A stretch of 24,000 nt of DNA from an uncultured cyanobacterium (GCA_963793425.1 CAWCAG010000001.1:213280-237279); one strand, 5' to 3'. Positions 13,991 to 22,688 are shown, counted from the stretch's first letter. Numbers and translations: made by a program. Notes: generated by a model from the sequence alone, not told the origin.

Positions 13991-15552
13991 TTAAGTTTGC
14001 TCTTTTATTGACGAACTAAATACTGCAATTATATTCTTATAAAGTTCAGCAAAGCTATTCTGGTAACTATTTTCTATTAGTTTTTCTTGCTTTTCACCAG
14101 TAGCTAAATCTAATAAATAATAAGTTATTGACATCTTTTCAGGACATTTTAGTCCTTTTTCTTTGCACCACTTCTCTACAGCTTTAGGGCGATCTTGATC
14201 AGGAATATCTTCTAAAGATGTTAAAGAGTTTTCTGAATATTCCTCATTCCAATTCTTTATTTGTTCCTTAACGGCTTCTAAATATAAGTCTTTGCGAATA
14301 TAATCTTCTAATACTGTTGCTTCGCCCCCATTTGGTAATTTAAAGATTCTTTTTTCTTCAATTCCAGATTCTTGTAACTGTTTTTTATACTTATCTCCCT
14401 CTTTGTCATTGTCTACCAAAAAAGCCACTTTAGAACCATGATTTTCTAGTAAACCAAAATCAGCTTTTGCTGTCATCGCTATCCCTGGTACAACTTGGAA
14501 TCCTAAATGGTCTTTTTGAGTAGCTTGACGCAATAAAGTGGGTAACAATAGCATATCCGTTGCACCTTCAACAAAAACAGATTGCCGAATTGCCATAAAT
14601 GCTAATTGATTTGCTCCCATACCAAAAAGTAAAGGCAAAACCCCTGAACGTTTATCTGTTGACCAGAAAGGCTTTTTAATTGTGCTTCTTTCTTCTGTAT
14701 CTTCTGACGGAGAAACCAACTTAACTCCTGTCCCTAAATCTTCAGGTAAGCAACCTACAGAATGAGTTGTATAGATGATTTTTGCAGCGAATTGTTGTTT
14801 TGTGAACATCTCAACAATATCTGCTTGAGCATCATAATGTAAATGCAACTCTGCTTCATCAATTAATAAAACGGGTTGTTTAGCACGCTTCACTTCCAAA
14901 AAGTTGATTAAAGCAACAAATTGCCTTAATCCATCACTTCTTTTAGCAATATCAAAAAAATCCTTTTCTTTATTTTCAATCATAATTATTAAGACTTGTC
15001 CATTTACATCAAGAATTGGATTAATTTTTGATTGTGACCATTTTCCTTTGTAAATTTCCTGAACTTTATTATTGCCTTTATCTATTATTGATTTAATTAT
15101 ATCAGGACTTTTAAATGCCTTACTAATTTTGTCAATATCCAGTTCAGCTATTTCTAATAAGTTTCTGAGGGCTTTTTTTGGTTTCAGACTACTCAATTGC
15201 GCCAAATTAAAAGAAGATTCTAAATAGCGCTCTTCATCACTAAACAATAAGAATATAGGAATATTCTCTTTCAATATTTCTATAGCTTTTTGATTAGAAT
15301 CTATATCTTGTTCATACTGTAGCAATTGATCAATGCTGCTTGCTACATTTTCTAGATGATCTTGCTTCGCTGAAATGTCGTCTTCACCTGTTGTCTGTGT
15401 TTTTGATATCGCTTCACTACATTTCTTCAAATCCTTCTGAAGTGTGGAGTCTAAATTATCGTTTTGTTCTCCAGGTTTGTTTAACTGAGTAATCAATTCT
15501 TGACATTCTCAAAACGCTTAAATCCGTTTAACTTGACCCAGTTTAAATCCAT
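13991..15552 (-). pseudogene. OLD-family-like nuclease (ABC-type ATPase + Toprim) with frameshifted, unrecognisable Walker-A region
   Basis: ORF 13991..15496 carries SDGLRQ (ABC signature), LLIDEAELHLH (Walker B), TTHS (H-loop), and Toprim-like VFVEGATDMLLLP...FLVDNDKEGD. No GxxxxGK[ST] is present. A separate ATG at 15552 reads MDLNWVKLNGFKRFENVKN, then TGA (15495..15493), in a different frame. Confidence 0.65.
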
Positions 15553-15833
15553 TATGATGTAATTGTTCCTTTTTGCTAATCAAGATAACGTTTAGTGGAG
15601 CAAAAAAAAGCTTGATGGGAAAAAGTCTTGTTTTATTTTTCCTTGACATGATACTATATACATAATGGGAAAGGTGTGCGCTTAGAAACTGTTTTTCAAA
15701 CCACTTTTGCTCTTCAATGATTCCGGGTTTGAGAAAAAAGCCTTAAACAATTTTCAGAGGCGATCGCTCTTTTGGTTTGCCAATGCTAAGTTTGCAACCA
15801 TGCTTAAAGATGGAATCGCCAAAATTAAAATAA

Positions 15834-15904
15834 GCGGGTAATGGGACTCGAACCCACGACATTCACCTTGGGAAGGTGACGTTCTACCACTGAACTATAC
15901 CCGC
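15834..15904 (-). tRNA. tRNA-Gly (anticodon CCC), CCA not encoded
   Basis: The minus-strand read is GCGGGTA TA GTTC AGTGGTA GAAC G TCACC TTCCCAA GGTGA ATGTC GTGGG TTCGAGT CCCAT TACCCGC. It forms a full cloverleaf of 71 nt, with anticodon-loop positions 34-36 = CCC. Confidence 0.9.
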
Positions 15905-15918
15905 ATTAAGCTTGCTAC

Positions 15919-15924
15919 ATTATA
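15919..15924 (-). promoter_or_regulatory. Candidate -10 box (TATAAT) for the tRNA-Gly gene
   Basis: The minus strand reads ..gttcTATAATgtagcaagcttaat|GCGGG. The hexamer ends 14 nt upstream of the mature 5' end. No convincing -35 was found. Confidence 0.3.
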
Positions 15925-16000
15925 GAACTGAATCTTACCAATGAGCATAAACTTGTAGCAAATTGTGACTAAGCAGATGTATACGCAAATTACACATCAT

Positions 16001-16486
16001 CTATCTCAAATGCAACAAATTCCTTCCTGTAGCCCTTAAGTATAAAAAGATGGGAAACTGATAATATTCAATAGTAATCCAGAGTATAAAACTTAAATGG
16101 GCGACAAAAGTTAACCCAGTCCAAAAAACAGGAAACCACCCTAAAGTACTTCCCGGCAGAGGAGGAAATAAATAAGCGCCTAAACCAATAATTGTCGTGG
16201 GAAGAATCAGAAAAATAAATCCAGCTATAACGTAGATCCAAGCTGCTTCTGTTTTCTGCTGCTGTAAGCTATTCCAGCTTTTACCATTCCAATGCCAACT
16301 TAAGGGTAGCTGTCGATCAGCAATTTTCATTAACTGCTTTTCAAAATCTACTGTAAAAATGTGGCTGCAAAAGTTACAAGCGAAAGCTTCCATTAAGGGC
16401 ATACTAGAAACTTTACCGCGATGACAAATGGGACAAGGATAAGTATCGTAGCTATTAAAAGAAGAATTAAAGTTGCTTTTAGACAT
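16001..16486 (-). CDS. Hypothetical membrane protein with N-terminal zinc-ribbon (CPxC...CxxC) and two C-terminal TM helices
   Basis: The track ORF runs to TTG 16507; ATG 16486 gives MSKSNFNSSFNSYDTYPCPICHRGKV...ACNFCSHIF. Hydrophobic spans are WIYVIAGFIFLILPTTIIGLGAYLF and WFPVFWTGLTFVAHLSFILWITI. Confidence 0.6.
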   Translation of the reverse strand: MSKSNFNSSFNSYDTYPCPICHRGKVSSMPLMEAFACNFCSHIFTVDFEKQLMKIADRQLPLSWHWNGKSWNSLQQQKTEAAWIYVIAGFIFLILPTTIIGLGAYLFPPLPGSTLGWFPVFWTGLTFVAHLSFILWITIEYYQFPIFLYLRATGRNLLHLR

Positions 16487-16525
16487 GGTATGAGGATGGG
16501 TTAGCAAGAAGTTGCTTGAGTATTC

Positions 16526-16699
16526 TCAACTATTTGCTTCTGAAAAGGGGGCTGGAGTAACCTGTATAGTGTAATGTTTGTTTTCAAATATAAATTCACT
16601 GTAGTCAGCAATACTATCCAATCCTAGGAAGTTAAGAAGCGCCTCAGCAAACAACCAAACAACTGATTTTACTAGTAGCTGTTTCCATAGTACATTCAT
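16526..16699 (-). CDS. Small hypothetical protein (57 aa from ATG; 63 aa from GTG 16717)
   Basis: ORF MNVLWKQLLVKSVVWLFAEALLNFLGLDSIADYSEFIF..., 18 nt upstream of and co-oriented with the zinc-ribbon gene. No recognised family. Confidence 0.4.
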   Translation of the reverse strand: MNVLWKQLLVKSVVWLFAEALLNFLGLDSIADYSEFIFENKHYTIQVTPAPFSEANS

Positions 16700-16911
16700 T
16701 AATGTTAACCTTTCCACGAAAGAGTAGGATATCGCAACTCAGAAAGCTACTCTCCTCAGTATCTAAGGTTGGTATTTGCGCTGGGGTTGCCTTCAAGTTT
16801 GATTTCTGTATAACTTTTCTCTTAATTAATTTTGAAACTGCCTAGTCATTTTTGTTGAAACAAAACAGTATTAAAATATACACACATCTAAAAACCTACC
16901 ATTGTTAGCTT

Positions 16912-17085
16912 TTAGATGTTTTTTGCCTTGCTCTGGCTTATTTTAGTAACGGCTTGTAAACCAGAATAACGACTGCCTTCTGTAGTGACTAGGAATGTTG
17001 GGTTTCGGCTTACCTGTTTTTTGCTCGGTTGGCTTAAAGTGCTTTGGTTAAAAGCTTGTTTCGCAATTTCTTGGATTAAAATCAT
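16912..17085 (-). CDS. Possible unlisted small ORF (57 aa), hydrophilic Lys/Ser/Gln-rich
   Basis: Hand translation gives MILIQEIAKQAFNQSTLSQPSKKQVSRNPTFLVTTEGSRYSGLQAVTKISQSKAKNI*. It is below the ORF-track length cut-off. The stop codon lies inside a 10-bp-stem hairpin (16884-16919). Confidence 0.25.
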   Translation of the reverse strand: MILIQEIAKQAFNQSTLSQPSKKQVSRNPTFLVTTEGSRYSGLQAVTKISQSKAKNI

Positions 17086-17253
17086 CGCTTTTATTAATTA
17101 TTTTCTACAACTTAAGTATCACTTTTTTTTACAGAAATCTAAGTGATTTCTCCCCTAAAAAGATTGTGAAAATAATCATCCTCAGAGGTGACAAAGCAAG
17201 CTAAGACTAAGTGATTTCAGTTACAACTTTATGATGATAAGTAAAAAATCGGG

Positions 17254-17472
17254 CTAAAGCTCATTCGTAACCCTGACTTTACCTTTCACAACTGCCCTTA
17301 ATAACCTATTGATGGCTCTCCTCTCTTCTTCGTTAAGAAGTTCATCAAAAGCTGCAGCCATTAATCCATAACGGTCTGCTTTGGTTAGCCTTCCAGTTTC
17401 GCTACTAGAAGCCAAAATCTCTGAAATAGCACCAGGTAGCAGTTGAACAGGAGGTGTTTTGACTGAGTTCAT
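17254..17472 (-). CDS. Small conserved-looking hypothetical protein (72 aa)
   Basis: ORF ...LTKADRYGLMAAAFDELLNEEERRAINRLLRAVVKGKVRV. It resembles small cyanobacterial proteins I have seen, but I cannot name a family. Confidence 0.55.
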   Translation of the reverse strand: MNSVKTPPVQLLPGAISEILASSSETGRLTKADRYGLMAAAFDELLNEEERRAINRLLRAVVKGKVRVTNEL

Positions 17473-17613
17473 TAAATTCTATTACTCTTTCTCTTCAGTA
17501 AAATTGTTTACGAAAGACATACATGACTTTAGCATACTTTCATCACAAGGAAAGAGGTAAAAAGCAAGCTTTTAGATGTATTAGTAGAAATACACAATGA
17601 GCGATCGCTAAAC

Positions 17614-18087
17614 ATGATTAAACCTTGGATGATAATTGGTGCAGTTACCTTCTTGGTAGGTTCAGCAGGAAGTCTTTTGAGATCCCAGGATAGAAAGTGG
17701 TTTATGCACCTGCGTCGTCCCCGGTGGTTAACCTTTGAAAAAGCAATTCCTCTTATTTGGATCTTTGTCTTTATCTGTGGGGCTGTCTCTGCCACCTTAG
17801 TCTGGCGAGAAAATCCTGGTAGCAACTATACCTGGTTCTTGATGTCCTTCTATCTTTTGGTAGAGATAACTATAGTTGCTTATACGCCGTTAATGTGCCT
17901 TAGCCGTAGCTTGATAGTTGGTACTGTTATTGGGGGAGTTGGCTTTTTGCTGGGTGTCATTTTGACTCTGCTAGTTTTCCCAGTCTCTAATACCGCAGCC
18001 TTCCTACTTTTCCCTTATATTATTTGGAGTCCTATTGGTACATATACTACCTGGGAAATGAGTCGCCTCAACCCAGAGAGTAAATAA
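17614..18087 (+). CDS. tspO: TspO/MBR-family (tryptophan-rich sensory protein-like) five-TM membrane protein
   Basis: 157 aa. RRPRWLTFEKAIPLIWIFVFICGAVSATLVW and the C-terminal LLFPYIIWSPIGTYTTWEMSRLN match the TspO pattern (KPxWxPPxxxFxxVWxxLY ... PYxxWxxFAxxLN). Confidence 0.6.
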   Translation: MIKPWMIIGAVTFLVGSAGSLLRSQDRKWFMHLRRPRWLTFEKAIPLIWIFVFICGAVSATLVWRENPGSNYTWFLMSFYLLVEITIVAYTPLMCLSRSLIVGTVIGGVGFLLGVILTLLVFPVSNTAAFLLFPYIIWSPIGTYTTWEMSRLNPESK

Positions 18088-18275
18088 AGCAAAATAAGAG
18101 TTAAGCGTGAGGTACAGCCTAGATTTTGCTAATAGCTAGTGGCTAGTAGAAATATGGAAATAGACCAAATGTATCTCATGACTACGAGAAAGGCTATAAA
18201 GTATCTTCCTACCTAAGAGAAAATAAACTACTGTAAGCACAAAAATATTACTTTTAGTAATTCCCTAACTACTAC

Positions 18276-18497
18276 TTACCTCTGGCGGGGAAGTACGTAG
18301 TTAATTCTTTTGCCTAGAAAAGGAACTGTCACGATTAGTAACTTAATAGCAAGGGGTGCAAAGAAAAGACTCAAGAATAAGCAGAGTAAGGCACAAAAAG
18401 CCGCAGCTACTTGAATTATTTCTTCTTCAGCATTAATGCTGAAATATACAGCTACTGAAGTAAGCAAAATGGAGATTAATAGCGGCACTAGCATCAA
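18276..18497 (-). CDS. Small hypothetical two-TM membrane protein (73 aa)
   Basis: ORF MMLVPLLISILLTSVAVYFSINAEEEIIQVAAAFCALLCLFLSLFFAPLAIKLLIV... No family recognised. Confidence 0.4.
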   Translation of the reverse strand: MMLVPLLISILLTSVAVYFSINAEEEIIQVAAAFCALLCLFLSLFFAPLAIKLLIVTVPFLGKRINYVLPRQR

Positions 18498-18939
18498 AAC
18501 TACCTCTTTATTGTTAGATGCGGTGCGTTCCTTCGAGATAAAACTCTACTTCCGTCTCCCTATGTATCACCTTTTAGGACTAAGAAGAGAGATGAACGAT
18601 TTGTCCGGTTACGCATTAATACTTACAGATATTAAGTTTAATGTCAATACTTTGAACTAATTGGGCAATTAATTTTCCTGAACTAAAGTATAAAAAAAGC
18701 AAATCATATTTGCTCAGACTATTAAGGAGAAAGAGCTTCAGGGAACAAACAACTTCCTCTCTAAACTACTATTTTGTCAAGGAATAAAGTTCACGGGGTT
18801 CTGCTCCTTGCTCCCTGTAGCCTACGGCAAGGCTAACGCCAACCCTGCTCCCCACCCTAACAGACAAGTCATGCAACAAGGGCAGGATTTGGTATGATTT
18901 TGCCATAGAGTATAAATTGAATAACTTCTACTGAGAATT

Positions 18940-19152
18940 ATGGGTGAAGCAAAACGGCGTAAAGAAGCTTTAGGAGATAAATATGGTGAGGAAAAAGGAC
19001 TCCTTCCTTGGGTTCCTCTCACCAAAAGCCAAGCGGAGCAGTTTGTGAAAATAACCACAAAAGGGGCTTGGATTGGTATAGGGCTTTTAGTACTATCCTG
19101 GATTAGTATTCGCTTTGTTGGGCCAGCTTTTGGTTGGTGGGATGTCATGTAG
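18940..19152 (+). CDS. DUF2839-like small membrane protein (70 aa)
   Basis: The N-terminal MGEAKRRKEALGDKYGEE and the single C-terminal TM (AWIGIGLLVLSWISIRFVGPAFGWW) match the conserved cyanobacterial/plastid DUF2839 pattern as I remember it. Confidence 0.6.
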   Translation: MGEAKRRKEALGDKYGEEKGLLPWVPLTKSQAEQFVKITTKGAWIGIGLLVLSWISIRFVGPAFGWWDVM

Positions 19153-19176
19153 GTAAGCAAATTCCCTGGGTTTTGC

Positions 19177-20238
19177 TCAAAGGAATTTATCAAACTTAGC
19201 TTGTTGTTGTAATAACTTAAGTACTTTTTTAATGTCTTGAGTTCTTCGTTTATCTACCACCAAAGTCGCTTTGCCAGCGCGGACAACAACTACATTTTCT
19301 AAACCAATAGTTACAATCACCTCATCTTCATCACTGGCATAGATAATAGAATCTTGAGTATCCATGCCGACATGATTGGCTAATTCCACATTGGCTTGAT
19401 CCTCTTTTAAAAGCCTCTCTAGAGCATTCCAGTCTCCTAAATCGTCCCAACCAAAGTTAGCTGGGAGAACATAAGCTAGTTGGGTTTTTTCCATTAAGGC
19501 ATAATCAATGCTCTTTTTTTCCAATTGAGAGTATGCTTTGCTCCCCTTTTCTTGTAAAAGCTTGATCATAGTGGGAGCATATTTTTGTAACTCAGCTAAG
19601 GCAACCCCTGCCCGAAAAATAAACATACCACTGTTCCAGCTAAATTTTCCGGTGCTAAGAAAAGATTGGGCCGTAGCTTGATCAGGCTTCTCTGTGAAAC
19701 GGCTTACTTGATAAACAGGAAAATCTCCATAGGTTCCTTCGAGTTTTCCTTGTTCAATATAACCATAACCTGTAGAAGGATAATCAGGAGCGATTCCCAA
19801 AGTAACAATAGTATCCTTGGCTACAGCCAACTCCGCAGCAGCAGAAAGAGTGTTATGGTAAGCGGCGCGATCGCCAATCCAATGATCCGCCGGAAAGAAA
19901 CCAACCACAGCATCATTGCCATAGCGTTTAGCTGCTTCAATAGTAGCCCAGGCTACAGCAGGAGCCGTATCTTTTCCTTCCGGTTCCACTAACAAATTAG
20001 CTTGGGGCAACTCTGGTAACTGTTCCTCAATCCCCTTAGCTATTTGAGCATTCGTCACCACCCAAAGTTTATCCCAGCCTCCTGCTAAATCCAGTAGGCG
20101 CTCTGCTGTTGCCTGCAACAAACTCTTGCCACTACCGTCAAGGGAAAGAAACTGTTTGGGGTGCATTCTGCGGCTGAGAGGCCAAAATCTTTCTCCTTTT
20201 CCACCAGCTAAGATTATGGGTATCAAGGTTTTGGTCAT
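19177..20238 (-). CDS. Mannose-1-phosphate guanylyltransferase (GDP-mannose pyrophosphorylase, nucleotidyltransferase-only type)
   Basis: 353 aa. The N-terminal IILAGGKGERFWPLSRRMHPKQFL signature and the body (FPADHWI, GIAPDYPSTGYGYI, FTEKPD, WNSGMFIF) are present. Confidence 0.8.
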   Translation of the reverse strand: MTKTLIPIILAGGKGERFWPLSRRMHPKQFLSLDGSGKSLLQATAERLLDLAGGWDKLWVVTNAQIAKGIEEQLPELPQANLLVEPEGKDTAPAVAWATIEAAKRYGNDAVVGFFPADHWIGDRAAYHNTLSAAAELAVAKDTIVTLGIAPDYPSTGYGYIEQGKLEGTYGDFPVYQVSRFTEKPDQATAQSFLSTGKFSWNSGMFIFRAGVALAELQKYAPTMIKLLQEKGSKAYSQLEKKSIDYALMEKTQLAYVLPANFGWDDLGDWNALERLLKEDQANVELANHVGMDTQDSIIYASDEDEVIVTIGLENVVVVRAGKATLVVDKRRTQDIKKVLKLLQQQAKFDKFL

Positions 20239-20313
20239 GCTTATGAGGCCCCTAATTATGTATATAAAGAGATTATTTCTAATTTTTAACTCAAAAGTGT
20301 CCTCATTGAGTAC

Positions 20314-20341
20314 TTTACCTTTGAATACCTAAAGGTATAAT
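20314..20341 (+). promoter_or_regulatory. Candidate sigma70-type promoter for the LCP gene (TTTACC-16 nt-TATAAT)
   Basis: TTTACC at 20314-20319 and TATAAT at 20336-20341, about 65 nt upstream of ATG 20406. A 7-bp inverted repeat TACCTTT/AAAGGTA overlaps the spacer. Confidence 0.3.
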
Positions 20342-20405
20342 CCAGCAATAGAAGCGCAATTTATTTCGCTTCGGGTGCCAGCGCTAACCGTGTTATTTGT
20401 GGTGA

Positions 20406-21872
20406 ATGAGGTTAAAAGTGAAAAAAGGCATCAAACAAACGACAGCGGCTCTTACTATGGAGCCAAAGCAAGAATCATTAGCTTCGGGCAAGACCACGAA
20501 AAAGTCTGTCCCCAAAGCTACTACAAAAAGCAAACAAACCAATAAACCTACTTTTAAGCTTAGCCGTTGGCTGGTTTGGGGGACAACTTTTGCTTTAACG
20601 GCAACTGTTTCCGCTACAGTAGGGGCAACTTTTGCTTTAGTTAGTCCCTTATCAACATTTGTGGCCCCCATTGCCGAAAAAACAGGACTTTTACCTGAAA
20701 AGGCAAAAGGAGATGAAGGTTGGCAAGCTAACTTACAATATCGCTTGTCTCGCCCCGTTCATATTTTGGTGATGGGAATCGATCAAGTCCCAGGAGCAGC
20801 TAAAACCTCAAAGGAGATTTTTGAGGGCCATAGCGATACCATGTTATTACTGCGCTTCGATCCTGGTGATAACTCTGTCAAAATGCTCTCTATTCCTAGG
20901 GATACGAGGGTTAATATTCCTGGCTTAGGAGAAGGTAAAATTAATGATGCCAACATTCAAGGCGGGGCAGAATTAGCAGCTAAAGTGGTGAGTGAAACTT
21001 TAAACGGTGTTTCCATTGACCGCTACCTCAGAGTGAATACTGATGCCTTCCAAGAAATAGTTGATTTGGTAGGGGGTATTGAAGTAGATGTTCCCTACTC
21101 CATGGCTTACGAAGATAAAAGCCAAAAACTGAAAATTGACCTCCAAGCTGGATGGCAAACCCTCAATGGTGAAGAAGCAGAACAATTTGCTCGTTTTCGT
21201 GGTGATGGTTATGGAGATATTGGTCGAGTACAGCGCCAGCAAATACTACTCAAAGCTTTGCGTCAGCGTCTCAAGCAACCAGCTATTGTACCCAAGTTAC
21301 CGAAGGCAATTCGTGTGGTGCAGCAATATGTAGATACCAACATCTCTACCGAAGAAATGTTAGCTTTGGTTAGTTTTGGTTTGAACTTAAACAAAGAAGA
21401 TATTAATATGGTCATGCTCCCTGGACGCTTTAGTAGTGAAGGGGAATATGATGTTAGTTATTGGATCTTTTATCCTAATGAACGTGATCGCTTAGTGAGC
21501 CAATATTTCAATCAAGAAGCAGATTATGTCAATGAGAAGACTAAATCTTTTCGGCAACTACGCATTGGTATTCAAAATACCACTAGAGATCCTGAATTAG
21601 CAGAACGCTTTGCTGAGTACTTACGGGAAAACGATTTTGGCAATGTGTTTGTCATTGAAGATGTAGCCCCTAGGAGACTTAAAGATACTACTATTATTCC
21701 TCAAAGAGGTGATCTCAGAGCAGCCAATCGCCTGAAAAAAGTTCTTAATTTAGGTACAGTAAAATCAGAATCTACAGGGCATATAGATTCTGATCTTACA
21801 ATTCAGCTAGGGCGAGATGCTCAACAAATTCTGGTTGAAGAAGACTTACCTTCAGAAGTAAAAGAGGATTAA
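20406..21872 (+). CDS. LCP-family (LytR-CpsA-Psr) cell-envelope glycopolymer transferase with N-terminal TM anchor
   Basis: 488 aa. ILVMGIDQ...HSDTMLLLRFDPGDNSVKMLSIPRDTRVNIPG..GKINDA...GGAELAAKVVSETLGVSIDRYLRVN is the LCP core. The TM segment is WLVWGTTFALTATVSATVGATFALV. Confidence 0.8.
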   Translation: MRLKVKKGIKQTTAALTMEPKQESLASGKTTKKSVPKATTKSKQTNKPTFKLSRWLVWGTTFALTATVSATVGATFALVSPLSTFVAPIAEKTGLLPEKAKGDEGWQANLQYRLSRPVHILVMGIDQVPGAAKTSKEIFEGHSDTMLLLRFDPGDNSVKMLSIPRDTRVNIPGLGEGKINDANIQGGAELAAKVVSETLNGVSIDRYLRVNTDAFQEIVDLVGGIEVDVPYSMAYEDKSQKLKIDLQAGWQTLNGEEAEQFARFRGDGYGDIGRVQRQQILLKALRQRLKQPAIVPKLPKAIRVVQQYVDTNISTEEMLALVSFGLNLNKEDINMVMLPGRFSSEGEYDVSYWIFYPNERDRLVSQYFNQEADYVNEKTKSFRQLRIGIQNTTRDPELAERFAEYLRENDFGNVFVIEDVAPRRLKDTTIIPQRGDLRAANRLKKVLNLGTVKSESTGHIDSDLTIQLGRDAQQILVEEDLPSEVKED

Positions 21873-21876
21873 TTAA

Positions 21877-22389
21877 GTGTTAAAAACCTTCATTGTGCGT
21901 TTACTAGGAATCATCACTGCCCTACTATTTGCTGGGTTGTGGGTTCTGTTGGATGCCCACCCCGCCTTAGCCCAAGCTAGTGCCGTTAACTATGCCCAAA
22001 CTGACTTACAAAACCGCGATTTTGCCAACCAAGATTTAGTCGGGTCTGTTTTCGCAGCAGCACAAATGCGAGGAGCAGATTTTCATGGTTCCAACCTGAA
22101 AGGAACTATTATGACTAAAGGGGTATTATTAAATGCTAATTTGTCTGGTGCAAACCTTTCTGGGGCTTTGTTAGACAGAGTTGCTTTTGACGGTGCTGAT
22201 TTAACTAATGCCATTTTCACAGGCTCTGTCGCCTCTCGTAGCCGCTTCTTCGATACAAAAATTACTGGGGCTGACTTCTCAGAAGCAATTATAGACCGCT
22301 ACCAAGCTTCCTCAATGTGCGAAAGGGCCGATGGTATTAATCCTGTTACCGGAGTTTCGACAAGAGAGAGTTTAGGCTGTAGAGATTAG
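21877..22389 (+). CDS. Pentapeptide-repeat protein with signal peptide (thylakoid-lumen/periplasmic type)
   Basis: 170 aa from a GTG start. The signal peptide ends ..AHPALAQA. Pentapeptide repeats include [31 protein letters not shown]. Confidence 0.75.
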   Translation: MLKTFIVRLLGIITALLFAGLWVLLDAHPALAQASAVNYAQTDLQNRDFANQDLVGSVFAAAQMRGADFHGSNLKGTIMTKGVLLNANLSGANLSGALLDRVAFDGADLTNAIFTGSVASRSRFFDTKITGADFSEAIIDRYQASSMCERADGINPVTGVSTRESLGCRD

Positions 22390-22401
22390 GGAATCAACTG
22401 A

Positions 22402-22461
22402 TTAATTAAGTTTAAAGTTTTAGGAAATGTTAAAATCTCCTAAGACTTTAAACTTAATTAA
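22402..22461 (+). terminator. Long AT-rich hairpin (24-bp stem, 1 mismatch, 12-nt loop) downstream of the pentapeptide-repeat gene
   Basis: TTAATTAAGTTTAAAGTTTTAGGA (22402-22425) pairs with TCCTAAGACTTTAAACTTAATTAA (22438-22461). It starts 13 nt after stop 22389. There is no clean U-tract, so terminator function is inferred. Confidence 0.4.
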
Positions 22462-22688
22462 CATTAAGTAAAATCACGTCAATTAAGCAATAAACTTCGG
22501 GATTGACCCTCCTTGGGACTTAAAATTCTTTTATTCAAGAAAATTTCTGTCAGATTATTTCACTTGCGTCTTGCGATCGCAGAAAAATTTTTGGTGTGAA
22601 TAACAAAATCAGCTAGCCCAGGGAGGTTTAATTTATGAAAACAATATCAATCAACTCTATAAACTAAGCAAACAGCAAAGGAGGAATT

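Noticed and set aside
15663-15670. Possible att-like partial copy of the tRNA-Gly 3' end (TAATGGGA) that would delimit an integrated island
   Set aside because: Only an 8-nt match. No longer direct repeat of the tRNA 3' end was found near 13970-14000 or elsewhere by eye, so island boundaries cannot be claimed.
16830-16925. Independent plus-strand sRNA ending at the 16884-16919 hairpin with its T-run
   Set aside because: The best promoter-like pair (TTGAAA 16855-16860 / TATACA 16877-16882) would start transcription inside the hairpin itself. No credible transcript body remains.
17529-17825. Track ORF 17529..17825 (-)
   Set aside because: It is antisense to the 5' end of the TspO-like gene and its promoter region, and the peptide has no motif. 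The TspO frame is much better supported.
18436-19193. Track ORFs 18436..18660 (+) and 18822..19193 (-)
   Set aside because: The first overlaps the 18276..18497 membrane-protein gene antisense and continues into AT-rich spacer. The second is antisense to the DUF2839-like gene, whose N-terminal MGEAKRRKEALG signature is recognisable.
19666-21333. ORFs 19666..19992 (+), 20126..20332 (+), 20393..20671 (-), 21000..21242 (-), 21136..21333 (+)
   Set aside because: They are nested in or antisense to the guanylyltransferase and LCP genes, with no supporting motifs.
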